Assembly (NCBI GenBank): GCA_009103225.1
Contig: RHPI01000797.1
Location: 371,064 to 435,063 of the forward strand
Direction of reading: 5' to 3'
Source of the DNA: Chlorokybus atmophyticus
Lineage: Eukaryota; Plantae; Mesostigma and Chlorokybus algae
Length of the DNA: 64,000 nucleotides
This document shows positions 13,049-25,413 of this stretch, piece after piece. Every line of letters starts with the position of its first letter. Position 1 is the first letter of the stretch. Below the pieces are notes generated by a model. The model saw nothing but the letters and a program-made list of their open reading frames with translations, had not been told where the DNA came from and did not search any database. The position numbers were made by a program, and so were the translations under genes.

Positions 13049-15784
13049 ATGAATAGTCGAACTGGCCACGGCTGGCACACCACTGGCAATTGCTACGACA
13101 GTCACCCTGAGGCAAATGCGGCTCAACATGAAGACCAGTCGCATTGGCAATGCGAAGGTGCTTGTTACAAGCATGGCGTCGACTACCACTACGAGTACGA
13201 TGGCGAGTATGAGTACGAGTACGAGTATACTGGCGAGAAAGAGTATGAGCAGGAGCAGCTGCTGCCACACGACAATTGGCACATTGCGCTTGCATTTCAT
13301 GAACACGAGTACGGGACTGCTATTGGCTATGAAGCTGACGGCTATGAAGCTGACCACCACCAGAACGATGAAGACAGCGGCCATACGGTACTGTACGTGC
13401 GGTCTCAACACAACATGCAACATGACAATCTCAACTTTAACTGTGTGGTGGTTGCAGTACCAGCCTGCCATTGCAGATTGTTGGTACGACGATGAGCCAT
13501 ACGACAGCGAGTATGATGAACTCTACACGGATGCTGATGTGGACTGGCGCTACAACCAACCACCTTGCGAAGCGGCTGCTGACTATGTATATGACTATCG
13601 TATGCCATCCACATCCCCAAATGCTGCAGCATATGAGGACCCAGGCTACTTTGACGCTGAAGAGCGGCAGGTTAGCGGTTGTCGCTTCGAAGTATGCATT
13701 GACGACTGAACTGAGTGGCTGAACAGAGTGGCTGTGTGACTGTACGTTTCAGGAGAATGTACCTGAGGATGGTTGGTTTGTAGAGGACGGCGTCGAGGCG
13801 GGTTGCCCGCAAACTCTGGCCATCAAGCAGGACAACCGCTGCATTGTGCTTGATGACTTCATTCCACCAGCGTACGAGGTAGGTGTGACAGCACAATCGA
13901 CATGGTTGTGCAAATCAGCAAACGTTACATGTTCTGCACAGATCTGTTCCCGCATCGAGAAACTTATCATCAGCCTGTTGGAGGGCCTGTGGCAGCCAGA
14001 ACCTAGCTTTGTGACAATGGACATGGTATACGCAAGCAGATTGTTGTCTATGGTCAATGCAATTTGCAACCATCAAACATTCTTGTGCTCTTGCAGATCC
14101 GCAGGTGCACCACCAACACGGAGGTCTACAACGGGGCGCTTGGTTTGAACAAAGACGGCATCGTGCGGCGAGGCATGACCATGAGAGCTGCTCAAGCTTA
14201 TGCCAGGGGTAGCAAATGGTTTTCAGCTGGTCACAAGACACAACGCAGAAGCGTCATTTCATTGTTTTGATGCGTGCGCACACGCAGTGTGGAAAATACT
14301 GCACATATGTTACGGGCTGCTGGTTCACGGGCAGAAGGCCACGAGACGCGATATCTACTACCGTCTGCTTGGGGACCAGTCCAAGATCTTTGCTAATGAG
14401 AAGCAAGTGTACAGCGCCATCTCCGGTGCGTTCACCGCATGATAGTGCTCACCCATGTATGCGTAATGACATTGCTGTGCAGATGCTGCGGCATTGTTGC
14501 AGTGCCCGCGTGCAGCGCTCGGCATAACAGCAGCAAGTAGGTCAGCAGTCGCTGGACTGCTGCTCATACACGTAAGAGAAGCCTTGCATGTGCACCTGTC
14601 CAGTCCGTTGCGGTCTGCTTGATACCCTATGTATCGAGAATAACTGTGGCGTGCGTGCATGCACAGGATGTGGAGAACACCATCAACTGCGCCGCCGTTG
14701 GCCTGGAGGGCTTCAGTATCACTGGTGATATTGAGCGTCTGAACATGTGGAAGTACAGTACCAGCGCTCAGATCATCATCGTCATAGAAAAGGTGAGGTA
14801 CCCTCCAATCTGGATTGAAAAAGTGGTCTTGTGTGACTACCTCCTATCACGGGTCATCACCATCGGTCTTTCAGGATGCCGTCTTTCAACGCCTCGTTGA
14901 AGACGGCCTATTCAATCTGCTACCGTGCATCTTGGTGACCGGGAGAGGGTTTCCAGACCTTGCCGTGAGGTGAGTCTCGCCAGCTATCAGTGCAGTTGCA
15001 CCACGCATAACCTCAACTCAATGCTGGCTCTGCCTGTCAGGGTGCTTCTGCGTCGCCTGCACGATGCATTCCCACACCTGCCTATTGTCGCACTGGTGGA
15101 CTGGTGCGTTGCAATGGCCTGTGTAGCACTTGCACGCGCAACGGCTCACACAAGCGCAATGAACATGTTAATGACAACAGTGCATGTGAAGGAACCCCTC
15201 TGGACTGGCTATCATCTGTGCATACAAGTATGGCAGCGCAGGCACCGGTCTCGAAACTCCCAACTATGGTGAGATGAGTCATTAAAGAGTTGTTCACCAA
15301 GCACAACACTCGCCAGCAGAAGTCACGCACACAAAAACACATTGGCTGTTGTGTCTTTGCAGCTTGTGACGTAAGGTGGCTGGGTGTGCGCTCCGGTGAC
15401 CTCATAGGTGTTCCACAGGAAGCCTTTCAGCCATTAACCGAGCGCGATCAGGGCAGCATTGACCGCATGCTTCAATGGCCTCTGCTTGAGGTACTCGTGT
15501 GAAAGCTGCTTCGCGTCAAGTAGACTTTCTGTTGTCTTGGGATGTTTTGCTGCTGTGACTTGTGCGTCGCACAAGTCACAGCAGCAAAACTACGTCCTGG
15601 ACGTTGTGGTCTCAAGACTGGCAGTGGTTGTTTGCAGAGTGACCCAGACTACAAGGAAGAGCTTCACCGCATGCGCGTCAGGGGAGAAAAGTGCGAGATT
15701 CAAGCACTACATCAATCCCGAGACAAGACTACAGAGTTGGTTGAAAAAGTTGCTCGCAAGCTTGCCAGACGAGATTATGTCTGA
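13049..15784 (+). CDS. SPO11-2: Meiotic recombination protein SPO11-2-like (Topo VI A family) with long acidic N-terminal extension
   Basis: Catalytic motif KATRRDIYYRL (Tyr codons 14356-14361). Toprim motifs IVIEK|DAVFQRL and LVTGRGFPDLAVR, and LVDW|NPSGLAIICAYKYGS (the DWNP form typical of plant SPO11-2). Ends KCEIQAL...LARRDYV* at TGA 15784. The start at 13049 is inferred. Confidence 0.9.
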
Positions 15785-16421
15785 TAGTGCAAGACCGCAC
15801 ACAACCATCATTTTGCAAGAGAAACTTCAGCACAGCTACTTACTGTCTTAACACTGGCCAACGAGTGGCAACAGTGCTGTAGTTGTGCGGCAACCTGCAA
15901 TATAGTCAGCACATGATGTTACAAGTGCTGGCAAGCTGCATGCAGATGGACACGAGCCATGCGCAGCACCTTGTGGACCTGACAATGTAAGCTGGGCTGG
16001 TGAGTGCAAGTCCCGCGTTGTTCAATGGACATGCTGCAACCTGCAGGCAACCTCTGTTGCCGGCAGCTTGATCGTACAATTCATAGTCAGGCAGACAGCC
16101 ACGCCATATAATGACATTTACATATGGCATGCATGATGAATTACTTTTGTTGAGCACACAATGGCAACTCAGTCTCAGCGCCACAGTGGCGCACGTACAG
16201 ATCCCATCCGCTTGCATGCCAATGCACATCACACACCACTACATGATCCCAACAAGCACAGAATACCATCCATGCAGCATCTGAGGCAACCAGCCAACCA
16301 AGAGACAGTTTGTCGGGTGCAAGAAAAGTGCACTATATTACAGCCTGGCAAGACTGTAACCAGTAACGAAATCAATTAACAGCAAGCTACGTCATGTGTT
16401 TGTGCTGCAACCTAAGCTGCT

Positions 16422-18604
16422 CTACTCTCCAATAACCATGCCCAACCCAAACCTGTAATCCTTCTTGATGTGATCCACCTGAGAAAACGATGTTAAGATA
16501 GGTTGTCATGGGCAGGTACAGATTAGCACTGTTGGCCTGCACATGCCAAGACCCTCACCTCTCCTGAGATAACAAAGTTGACACCAACGTTCAATCTTTC
16601 TTCAATGTATGCGGACACAACCAGGTTTTGGTCGATGCGTCCTCGCAGTCTCGCCTGCACGAAAGTGTTCCAGCAGAGCTCATCTTAGCTAGTTGTTAAG
16701 CTTTTCCTACGGTTACCTTCAGCTCAACATGCCTTTGCAATAGTCAATGAATGCGCACCTGACGTAGCATGTAATCGTAACCAATGCTGGCTGTCGCCTC
16801 ACGGCTGTTCCAGTTGTAGAGGAAGTCTGAGGCCAGCGCAACCTGCCGATGCACGACACCACATGTACAGTACTGAATGCTTGATCCGCCAGCAAAGCAA
16901 CGCAATCGCACTACCTGATCATACCACACTACATGATCATACCTTATCACCAAGTCGCCGCACATAAGACAATGAGACCAGGCCTGTTGATGCAACCTGT
17001 GCGGTAGCAACCTGCAAGGGAAGGCAGGCTGTAGAGTAGTTATGTGCAAATGCTGCAAAACTCAGGATATCGAAAGCGCAGCAACCGGTACCAAATAGCA
17101 TGCAGGTCAGCATACCATGTTCTCCGTCGCGTAACGACCGGCAAAGCCTACTCCACTTTTTCTTTGCTGTGAGAGATAAAATGCCTCACCACCCAACGCC
17201 AAGTTGGGTGTCACACTCTGCAGCAGCACAAGCAGTTGTGAGCATATCTGCAGATCACAATGCAGCTAACAGAGCTAGGAGAACACCAGAACACCAATCC
17301 ACATTGCTCTAAGTTAACATTTATTGTTGTAATGACTCATGCGGACTTGGCTGCAGACCATTACCAAACCCAGAGACAGCCCATACACACCTGTATGTAG
17401 TTTAAGCCATAAAACCCACTGCTGCCGAGTTTGAACTGCCCATTCCAATCCAGACCCTGCACCATCGGTGATAAATCTTTGAGCACGCATTTTCACTATT
17501 AGTGTGCACTGAGGTTGACTGCCAGTGACCACATCCGTCAATCACGTGACATGACTAACTCACCTTCTTGTCCACATCAATCGCGAACTGCGAGTAATGT
17601 TCCTCCGGAGACAGCTGCAAAATTGCCGTACTTGAGGCTTTGCAACAATCAGGCACAGTCAGCATGTCCTTGTGTCTGGCAACACACTCACCGATAGTTG
17701 AAGCTTTGTGGATAGGCTGCTGGAGAGATCGTGCTTGATGCGCGCATTCACTCGCCCGTCATGTGATATGCGACTAAGCCATGCTGTCTGCAGGGCGACG
17801 TAGTGAGATGCATGATGTACATCATGACAGGACCTTCTCAATAGCTTGCAGGACGTATCAGCAGCTACGTGCTTAATCACAGAGTCCAGCAGTGCCACAC
17901 AAGCACCAAAAACGGCAAGCAGCCGTGGATGCCATCTGGGGATGGTGTAAATCACAACACTCATCACGTACTCTCCCATCCACCAAGTTGGCCCCAAACT
18001 CGTACGTTGAAGCCGGCACCTTCACAGTTTGTCCTGCCTGGCCTGGGACTTCCGCATTTCCCATGAAAATGCTGCGCAATAACACTGTTTCAGCACACAC
18101 AACCCTTCACATGCACCGGACAACAGGGCAAGCTCCCACCTATGAGAGGTTGAGAACTTTGGGTTCAACGCACGCGTGAAATCAAATCGACAACCCTCGA
18201 AATGCTCTGGCTTCAACGACACTGCGCACAAGACATATGAAACGTTAAACACATGAGGTACACACATGCTTGCGACAGCAGAAGCCATGCAGTTGGAGGA
18301 ATGTGCTATGCATTACTGCAGATAATCAGCACACTGCAACCAGGGCGCATTGTGCCGCTTCTATGCATCACCATACCACCAAAAATCCCAACGTAATGTG
18401 TTGCTTACTGATTGCTTCTCTTTGAAGTTCCTCATACGGGACAGGGCAAGGAAGGTCCATGTAATCAACGGGAGGCTCAGCTGCAGTCTGCTTGTCAGTC
18501 TCAGAGGCAACGGGGCCTGGGCCTGCTAGTGCGGGCGGCAATGCACCAGGTGCAGCGGCTGGTACGGGTGCTGCAAGCGCCATGGAGCTGATTGCTTGAC
18601 CCAT
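16422..18604 (-). CDS. TOM40: Mitochondrial outer-membrane import channel
   Basis: [21 protein letters not shown]|[27 protein letters not shown] ... YEFGANLVD ... [11 protein letters not shown] ... [18 protein letters not shown]. Plant-type TOM40 signature. Confidence 0.95.
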
Positions 18605-19110
18605 GCTGAGAAGTCTTTCTAGCAGCCCGGCCTACAATCCTCCACACAACCTGCCGAACATGCACAAGAATGGCATGTGAGCAACTCTACATGATGAATG
18701 CATGTAGGTATGCTAGCGGCTAATGCAGTGAAGGAACGCAGTTCAGTACAGACCAGCCCTCGATTGCGCTAACAGCGAGACTTCTCCCAATACAGGAACA
18801 AGTGCAAAACAAACATGCATGCAGCCGTCACAGCAGCAGCGTCACCAGGGTCCGAAGCTGTTCTCGGCTTTAACAAAGCAAAAAAAGCCGTCTTGCAAGG
18901 GTGCATGCAATGTGGGGCTACAACTCTCGTATAGAGCCACTTCATGCAAACGGTAAAACTACGCTGACACCGCCTACCTGAGGAATGGGGACAGCACAAT
19001 CTCCTCCGCGTACTCCTCCTACTCCTCGATCGGCTTGGCCACCACCGCGGCCGCCACCCCAGCCGCCGCCCCAGCCGCTGTGCAGCGGAAAGTGCCGAGG
19101 CACAGGTCGC

Positions 19111-19119
19111 AAACCCTAA
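19111..19119 (-). promoter_or_regulatory. Telo-box (AAACCCTAA) upstream of TOM40
   Basis: Exact AAACCCTAA next to a GGC/GCC-rich 5' leader of TOM40. Confidence 0.55.
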
Positions 19120-20806
19120 ACGTGGAGTTGCGCGCTGCGGCTGTCAGGCGACACTGCACCCGGGCATTCCAAGTGCTACGCCTACGTGGCGCAGATTAAT
19201 TGCGTTTGGCCATACTTCGCCACTGTGGCGGAGGCGGAGGTGTTGTTGTCATTGTCCTCATAGATGAAGGCTTCACCTTGCAAGGCGTTTTACTATGAAG
19301 CGCATGAACCTTGCTGCAAAAAAAGGATGGAGCCCGTCGAATAACTCGTCATCCAGGTGGCGGTGTAATGCTGCGTCACGCTGAGCCATTGTGTCAGCCG
19401 TGGCGAGTGCCGTAAGCGCAGTTTGCAGGCATTATGCATAGCGTACTTTGTTGGAACTTAGCGTCATGCCGTTACAGCAGGCTATGAAAAATTCACAAGG
19501 CATTGTTATGTGCACCTGACCTCCAAGTGGTGGCTGTGGTTCGGTTTTGGTCTAGTCTAATTTTGCGTGGGCGTGCAGTAATGAGGGGTTGGTGATGGTT
19601 GTTCCGTGCTCTACATGGCAAATCGTATTTAACAGTGATGTTTACAGCACAGGTTTGTGAGCACACAGAGGTCACAAAACCTGTCAATGGCACGAGTGAT
19701 TACTGATTACAATATTCATTTCGGTAAATTGTCTAAGAGGAGAAGTCGTCAACTGGGCATGTACCTGATGAGCAGACATGTTGAACTGCTTGCCACAAAT
19801 CTACTGCAGGTACACATAGTACACCGACCAGGTTATACAAACTCTCGTACCATTCACAAGTGCCTTCAGCTCGCTTGCCTGTTTCAACTTGGTTGATGGA
19901 ACTATACTTTAAGGTACAAGCCGCTTCTTACAAAAATGGCAAGCGCTTACATCACGACTTGATATAGGGCTATTCAATTCACCTAGTATCAGCAGAGTTT
20001 ATGTACATACACGCATGTTAAGCAAGAGGGTGCAAAGTAGTGTGCTAGCAGGCCACACGCAGAGAGCGTATTAGCCGCACAGATTGGGGGGGCCCAGAGC
20101 AGTGCTAGGACCTACCTATACACAGCCCACAACAACCAAGCTCTCTAGGACAGTGACCTAGACATGCATTGCAGCAGCAGGCAGGCAGGAGACAAGGCAG
20201 GGGGGAGGGTAGGGAGTCACCACCTGCACAGCAGGCGCTCAAAGTCAGGCCGGGGCTCAGCAGCAGGTTGCTGACGTCAATAACGACGACGACAACAACG
20301 ACAACTGGACTGGCATGTGTACAAGCACGCAGGCTTCCTTTGTTTATGTTTGTTGCATGGTCTTGACCAGTACATCTAATGTAACACACTGATCAGTAAT
20401 AAACAGGCTTTGCGGCACACACGAACTACTTGGAAGTGTCCAGTAAGGTGTCGAGCACTGCTGCAAACCTCAGTCCGGGGGCTTCATGTTCCACAATCCC
20501 CGTCCAAATTTATACGAGCGTGACAGTTGTGCTGGAAATCCGAACGCACCACACTGTACAATGCAGAATGAAATTGCATATGTATTCAGGAGCTGATGTG
20601 CACGAGCAGCCGAGGCCTTTCCAGCCAGCACTGTTGAGTGACATACTGAGTGAAAACATGTCAGGTAGTCCAGAAGTTGCATGTCACTCCAAGCAACAGC
20701 ACAAGTCAATCAATCGTGCAGGCACCCAGTCTACGCATCGGGCATCAACAACTTCCATTCATCCAAGTCCTGCCACTCATCCCACATATGCAAGTTAGTA
20801 ATGTTG

Positions 20807-22547
20807 TCAATGCCGGGCTCCAGCTTCAGTGCCAGCAGCGACCGGTCGTCTCAGGAGTGAGACAGGTCTTTGCGCGGCCTTCTCCTGCAATCGTCTGCGC
20901 GCTTCTTTGGTCCTTTCCTTGTAGGCAGCAGCGACGTCCTCTACTCCCTCATAGGAGGCAACAATGTCACGAATGTCAAGAGGCTGTTGGCGAGCAATGG
21001 CTTCCAAGAATGGCATCATGTCCAGCAGTGCCGTATCGCCTGTTTGCAGCTTGTACGGCTTGACGGTTATCACATTTTCCGCTTGCAGAACCGACTGCGG
21101 TTTTGTGGTCAGCACCAGCACCTTCTTGGGGTCGCGATTCAGCTTGGAGATGTCCTTGTAATGCTCATTATTCATGTACAGCGTCGCGTCTCGGAACAAC
21201 CGAAACGCAATGTATCTTTGAGGGTCGAGACGCTCAATCATAGGATCTGCATATGAATTCAGGGAGTCCGTGTACACCACAATCTCGAAAAAATGTGCCA
21301 TGCGCTCTAGAAAGGCATCCACGCCAGGTCGCTTAAATGTTCTCCACCCTCGCTCCCTCTGCACATCATGTCACTCAATTGCCAACACTAGTGATGACCA
21401 GCGGATAATGAACCCAACTGCATGCAGCTCAATTGCTTACCTGCCAGTCTGAGTATATGAGGGTTTCATCTAGGTCTAAAACTAAGGTGCGCAGGTGACC
21501 AAGCCCGGGTGGAAGGTCAGGCAACAGTTTATCTGAAGAAGGCTCTGCAAAACCCTGCAGTACAATTGAGTATTAATGCTGGTACACATGCGCTTACTGA
21601 ACCCAGCAACACAGCAAACTGCTATACCTTAATGTGCTTCTCGACAGCATCTCGAGCATCTAGATACCTGTTCCCCACATCGAGCACAGCTGTGTAACAA
21701 CTGCATTAGACAAAGAAGCAGATTGATTACCCACGTTGCAATGATATATACCGCTTCGCCAGAGAGGAAGCTGCCCAGCTGCCTGCATATACACAAGCAA
21801 TGTCTTTGTGAGCTACAAAATCACCAAGCATTGGCACAAAGCACCAATAACTACTACAACAGCTGGCAGCAATACCTGTACGCGCCCTTCTGCTTCAAAA
21901 TCTTTGAGCTTGCCCTGAAGCTCGTTTAGCTGGTAAGCTGCGGGCGGAGCACATGTTAAGTTGTAACAGCCTCACATCGCAACTACCTCACAAAACAATC
22001 GAAACGCAAAACAACTGTGCTGTCAATCCAGTAAAACGCATATCCTAGCGCACATTCTTTGCCCCAGCTATGAAACTGTAGTGTGTGGCAGGAGGAAAGC
22101 TGGAATAATACAATGCATTAAACTTACACCATGCAATACAGCATACTGCAAAATAAGACTCATACCGTAGCTGACGTAGCCAACGGCGCCAGCAAACCCG
22201 GCAGCAGCCCAGCCCAAGCTCTTCAATATAAGCGAAACTATTGGCGGCAAAGCGTGCGATGCATTCTCAGAAGCGGACGCAGCAGCAGCTCCTCCAGGTT
22301 TCTCGAAAAACGAGCTAGCGGATTCTGTTGACGACCCTCCCGCCGATGATGACGACGCCGATGACTGCGCCGCTGTGCCTCCTGCAACTCGCGCGGCCGC
22401 AGAAGCCTCAACTTCCTGTCGCGCTGCCTCTGCCGCAGCCGACGACACCGCCGACAATTGCCTGGCACCACCGCCGCTGCGCCCTTTCACAGCTTGTGCA
22501 GCAGAGCAAAGCAGCCGGGCGTAGCGCACCGCTGCCCCAGCTTGCAT
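20807..22547 (-). CDS. TIM50: Mitochondrial inner-membrane translocase subunit Tim50
   Basis: Ala/Arg/Ser-rich presequence, a TM segment (LILKSLGWAAAGFAGAVGYVSY), then GFAEPSSDKLLPDL..RTLVLDLDETLIYSDWQ|RERGWRTFKRPGVDAFLE ... YKDISKLNRDPKKV (FCP1/NIF-like domain). Confidence 0.95.
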
Positions 22548-22725
22548 CTCTCTACCTCCAAATCCCCCTTCTTGTCTCCTGCCTTCTTGATCCCCTCTAC
22601 ACTCTCTACACCCGCCCCCCCACCTCCGTCCCCTACAGACTTCCCGCCGCCGCCGCCGCCGCCACCGCCGCCAGCATGCAGAATTGCGGACAAAACCTGC
22701 AGACGACCATTGCGACCTTCCGCCA

Positions 22726-22734
22726 AAACCCTAA
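22726..22734 (-). promoter_or_regulatory. Telo-box (AAACCCTAA) in the TIM50/SERINC divergent spacer
   Basis: Exact AAACCCTAA about 180 bp upstream of the TIM50 ATG, with a (GCC)n tract between them. Confidence 0.55.
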
Positions 22735-22951
22735 TTCTCATTTCCTGTTTACATACATAATGTATTCCATATGGCCGGTTTTGAGATATCACAGTGGTAT
22801 TCAAGATACTCTCGAATTACGTAATAGGTTGGACACGTGGCACACTGCTTGCGGAGTGTGCGTTGGACGGGGCGCGGCAGCGGCGGCGGCGAGCGTGGCG
22901 GGGTAGGGGCTGGGCGGGAGGGTGTTCGTGTGGGCAGGAGCTGAGGTGACG

Positions 22952-25413
22952 ATGTTTGCCCCGGCGTCCATCGCGGCTTCATGCTGCGCCATGTGCGCCT
23001 GCGAGGCGTGCAAATGTAAGTGTCTGGCCTGTCAGGGTCTGAACTCCTGAAGGCTGTGGTGTGTCGCGTACAGACTAGGCCTTTGACACAGCATGCTGGC
23101 AGTGTGTTGGTTCATATCGGGTTTCGCAGTTGCTACAAAGCGGATGCAAACGCTGCCCTCTTTGCAAATTGCCTTGTTTACACTGCCATGACGCTCAGTA
23201 ACAATTGCCTTGTGTCAATAACTTAGGTTACAAACTTTGGTTTGCACGGCGGCTGCATATGCCATCACCTGGTTATCACTAGCTGTACACCAGCTCAAGC
23301 TAGTTCGCGTAGTTGGAGGTTCTGCGTTTAGCGTGTTGTTACCATCAGTAGCCTGCGATGTGCATTTGTTCACGCCACCCGTACAGCTACTGTCACTTGA
23401 GTAGATTTGAGCACTGTTCGTGGCTCTACGCCTGTGCGTCTGCGTTTCATGTTGACGTGTCTGCTCGCATATCAAACCCCTTTATGTCAGTCGTGTGGAT
23501 GTGATGAGAGAGAGATATACGTGATGGGTTCAGAATAAGACTCGAAGGAGTTCCATCATAGTTGACGCAGTGGACTTGAAGCTGCACTCATTGGTACCAA
23601 TATGTGTTTACTGCTTTTCAGGTGCTAGCAGCACCATAACCCGCCGAAGCGCTCGAGCGGCGTACTGTGCTCTCTTCTTGCTGTCTATGCTTTTCGCCTG
23701 GCTGCTGCGGGACTTTGCAGAACCAATTCTGCAGGTGCTATTCGCTGTCTCATAATGGAACAAGCCGTGGGTTATTCTGCATTGGTTTGCTAAAATACAT
23801 GTCTAGGCAGAGCTGTCTTGTTGCCAAGCGGTTGAAACTCTGTTTTATCTGTGGCAGCACATTCCTTGGATTGACACTGAAGTCGATCAGCCAAGCAAGC
23901 AGTGGTATGGCAAGCAGGCGGTGCTGCGCATCAGCTTTGGCAACGCCTTGTTCTTCCTCTGTCTGTCACTGTTCATGATTGGAACCAAGACACGCAAGGT
24001 TCAAAGTCTGCAACAGATTAACGATAAACGTGTATTTGCTAAGCCGGTGCCTCTTTGACTGCATCAGAATCGTGAAGCAGTTGCAGACGACTGACTAGTT
24101 TGTGGTTTCAGGACCCGCGAGATGCTGCTCAGAATGAGTTTTGGATGGCAAAGTTTGGAGTCTGGATGGCTTGCAACCTGCTGCCTTTCTTTATACCAAA
24201 CGGCTTCTTTGCAGGCTATTGTATGTGCTTCAAGAGATCTGTGGAACTGGTGTCTGGCAAAGTTTTCCTTGCTTTGGGGAAATGTTGCTTGCGCATTGAT
24301 GAGGATGTTGCCTTGCAGCATATGTGGCGCGTGTGGGTGGAGCCGTGTTCCTTTTGGTGCAGATGGTTATCTTGTTAGACTTCACACACAACTGGAACGC
24401 AGCATGGGTTGCCAACGAGTGGTGAGGCCATAATAATTTGTGTTGCAACATCGCTCTGCAGGTTGTGGACACTATGTTTAACTTTTCTTGCAATCAGGTT
24501 CTCTGGGCTGCTTGCAGTGTCAGTTGCTTGCTTCGCTGCAACCATGACTGCAGCCGGCTTCCTCTACCACTTCTTCAATCCGACCGGCGACTGCCAGCTG
24601 AATATCTTCTTCATCACCTTGACGCTTGTCCTCGTCGTATGCTTCAGCATCGCCTCCATTCATCCTGCGGTCCAAGGAAGCCTCCTGCCCTCTGCTGTGA
24701 TCGGCATGTACACCATGTACCAGGTGCCTATCCCCGTTGGCCAAGTAGTGTAACCTATTCTGCTATGCGCATGTCACTAACACGTCATTCATGTTGACTT
24801 GCTTGACAGTGCTACTCTGCTTTGGCTTCTGAGCCACGCAACTATGAGTGCAACGGGCTGGCGCGACGCCTACGCCTGGACGCTGCATCAGCAAGCACAC
24901 TGGCCCTTGGGCTGGTGCTGACACTGCTCTCGGTGATTTGGTCTGCCTTGCGCGCGGGCTCATCCACTGTGCTGCTGGCCAGCCGCGAAGCAGCAGCCGA
25001 GGGCCCGTATGAGACTATGTTGTCTGACGTATCGGACAAGGATGACGCTGACAAGGACGAGGAGGTTGCTGAGCCTGCGGGCAAGTCGCGCCGCGCTCGC
25101 GGGAAGGACCTCTCTGTGCCTTACAACTACTCGTTCTTCCACCTGATTTTTGCTCTGGCCAGCATGTATGTATCCATGCTTCTGACAGGCTGGGGCAGCG
25201 CAGACCCGCAGGTATTGCTATCATCAGAACGTATGTGGTAATTAGCACGCGCGGGATTTGTTCCAACAGTTTGTCTGTTTTCAGGGCAAAGACACCATTG
25301 ACATTGGTTGGGGCAGTGTCTGGGTCAAGATTATCGCCCAGTGGACTACGGTTCTCCTGTATGGTTGGTCCCTCTTGGCACCAGTGCTGCTGCCTGAGCG
25401 CGACTTTTCGTAG
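22952..25413 (+). CDS. SERINC: Serine incorporator (Serinc/TMS family) membrane protein
   Basis: MFAPASIAASCCAMCACEACK ... ITRRSARAAYCALF ... WYGKQAVLRISFGN ... VGGAVFLLVQMVILLDF ... GSLLPSAVIGMY ... VPYNYSFFHLIFALASMYVSMLLTGW ... WSLLAPVLLPERDFS*. Confidence 0.95.
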
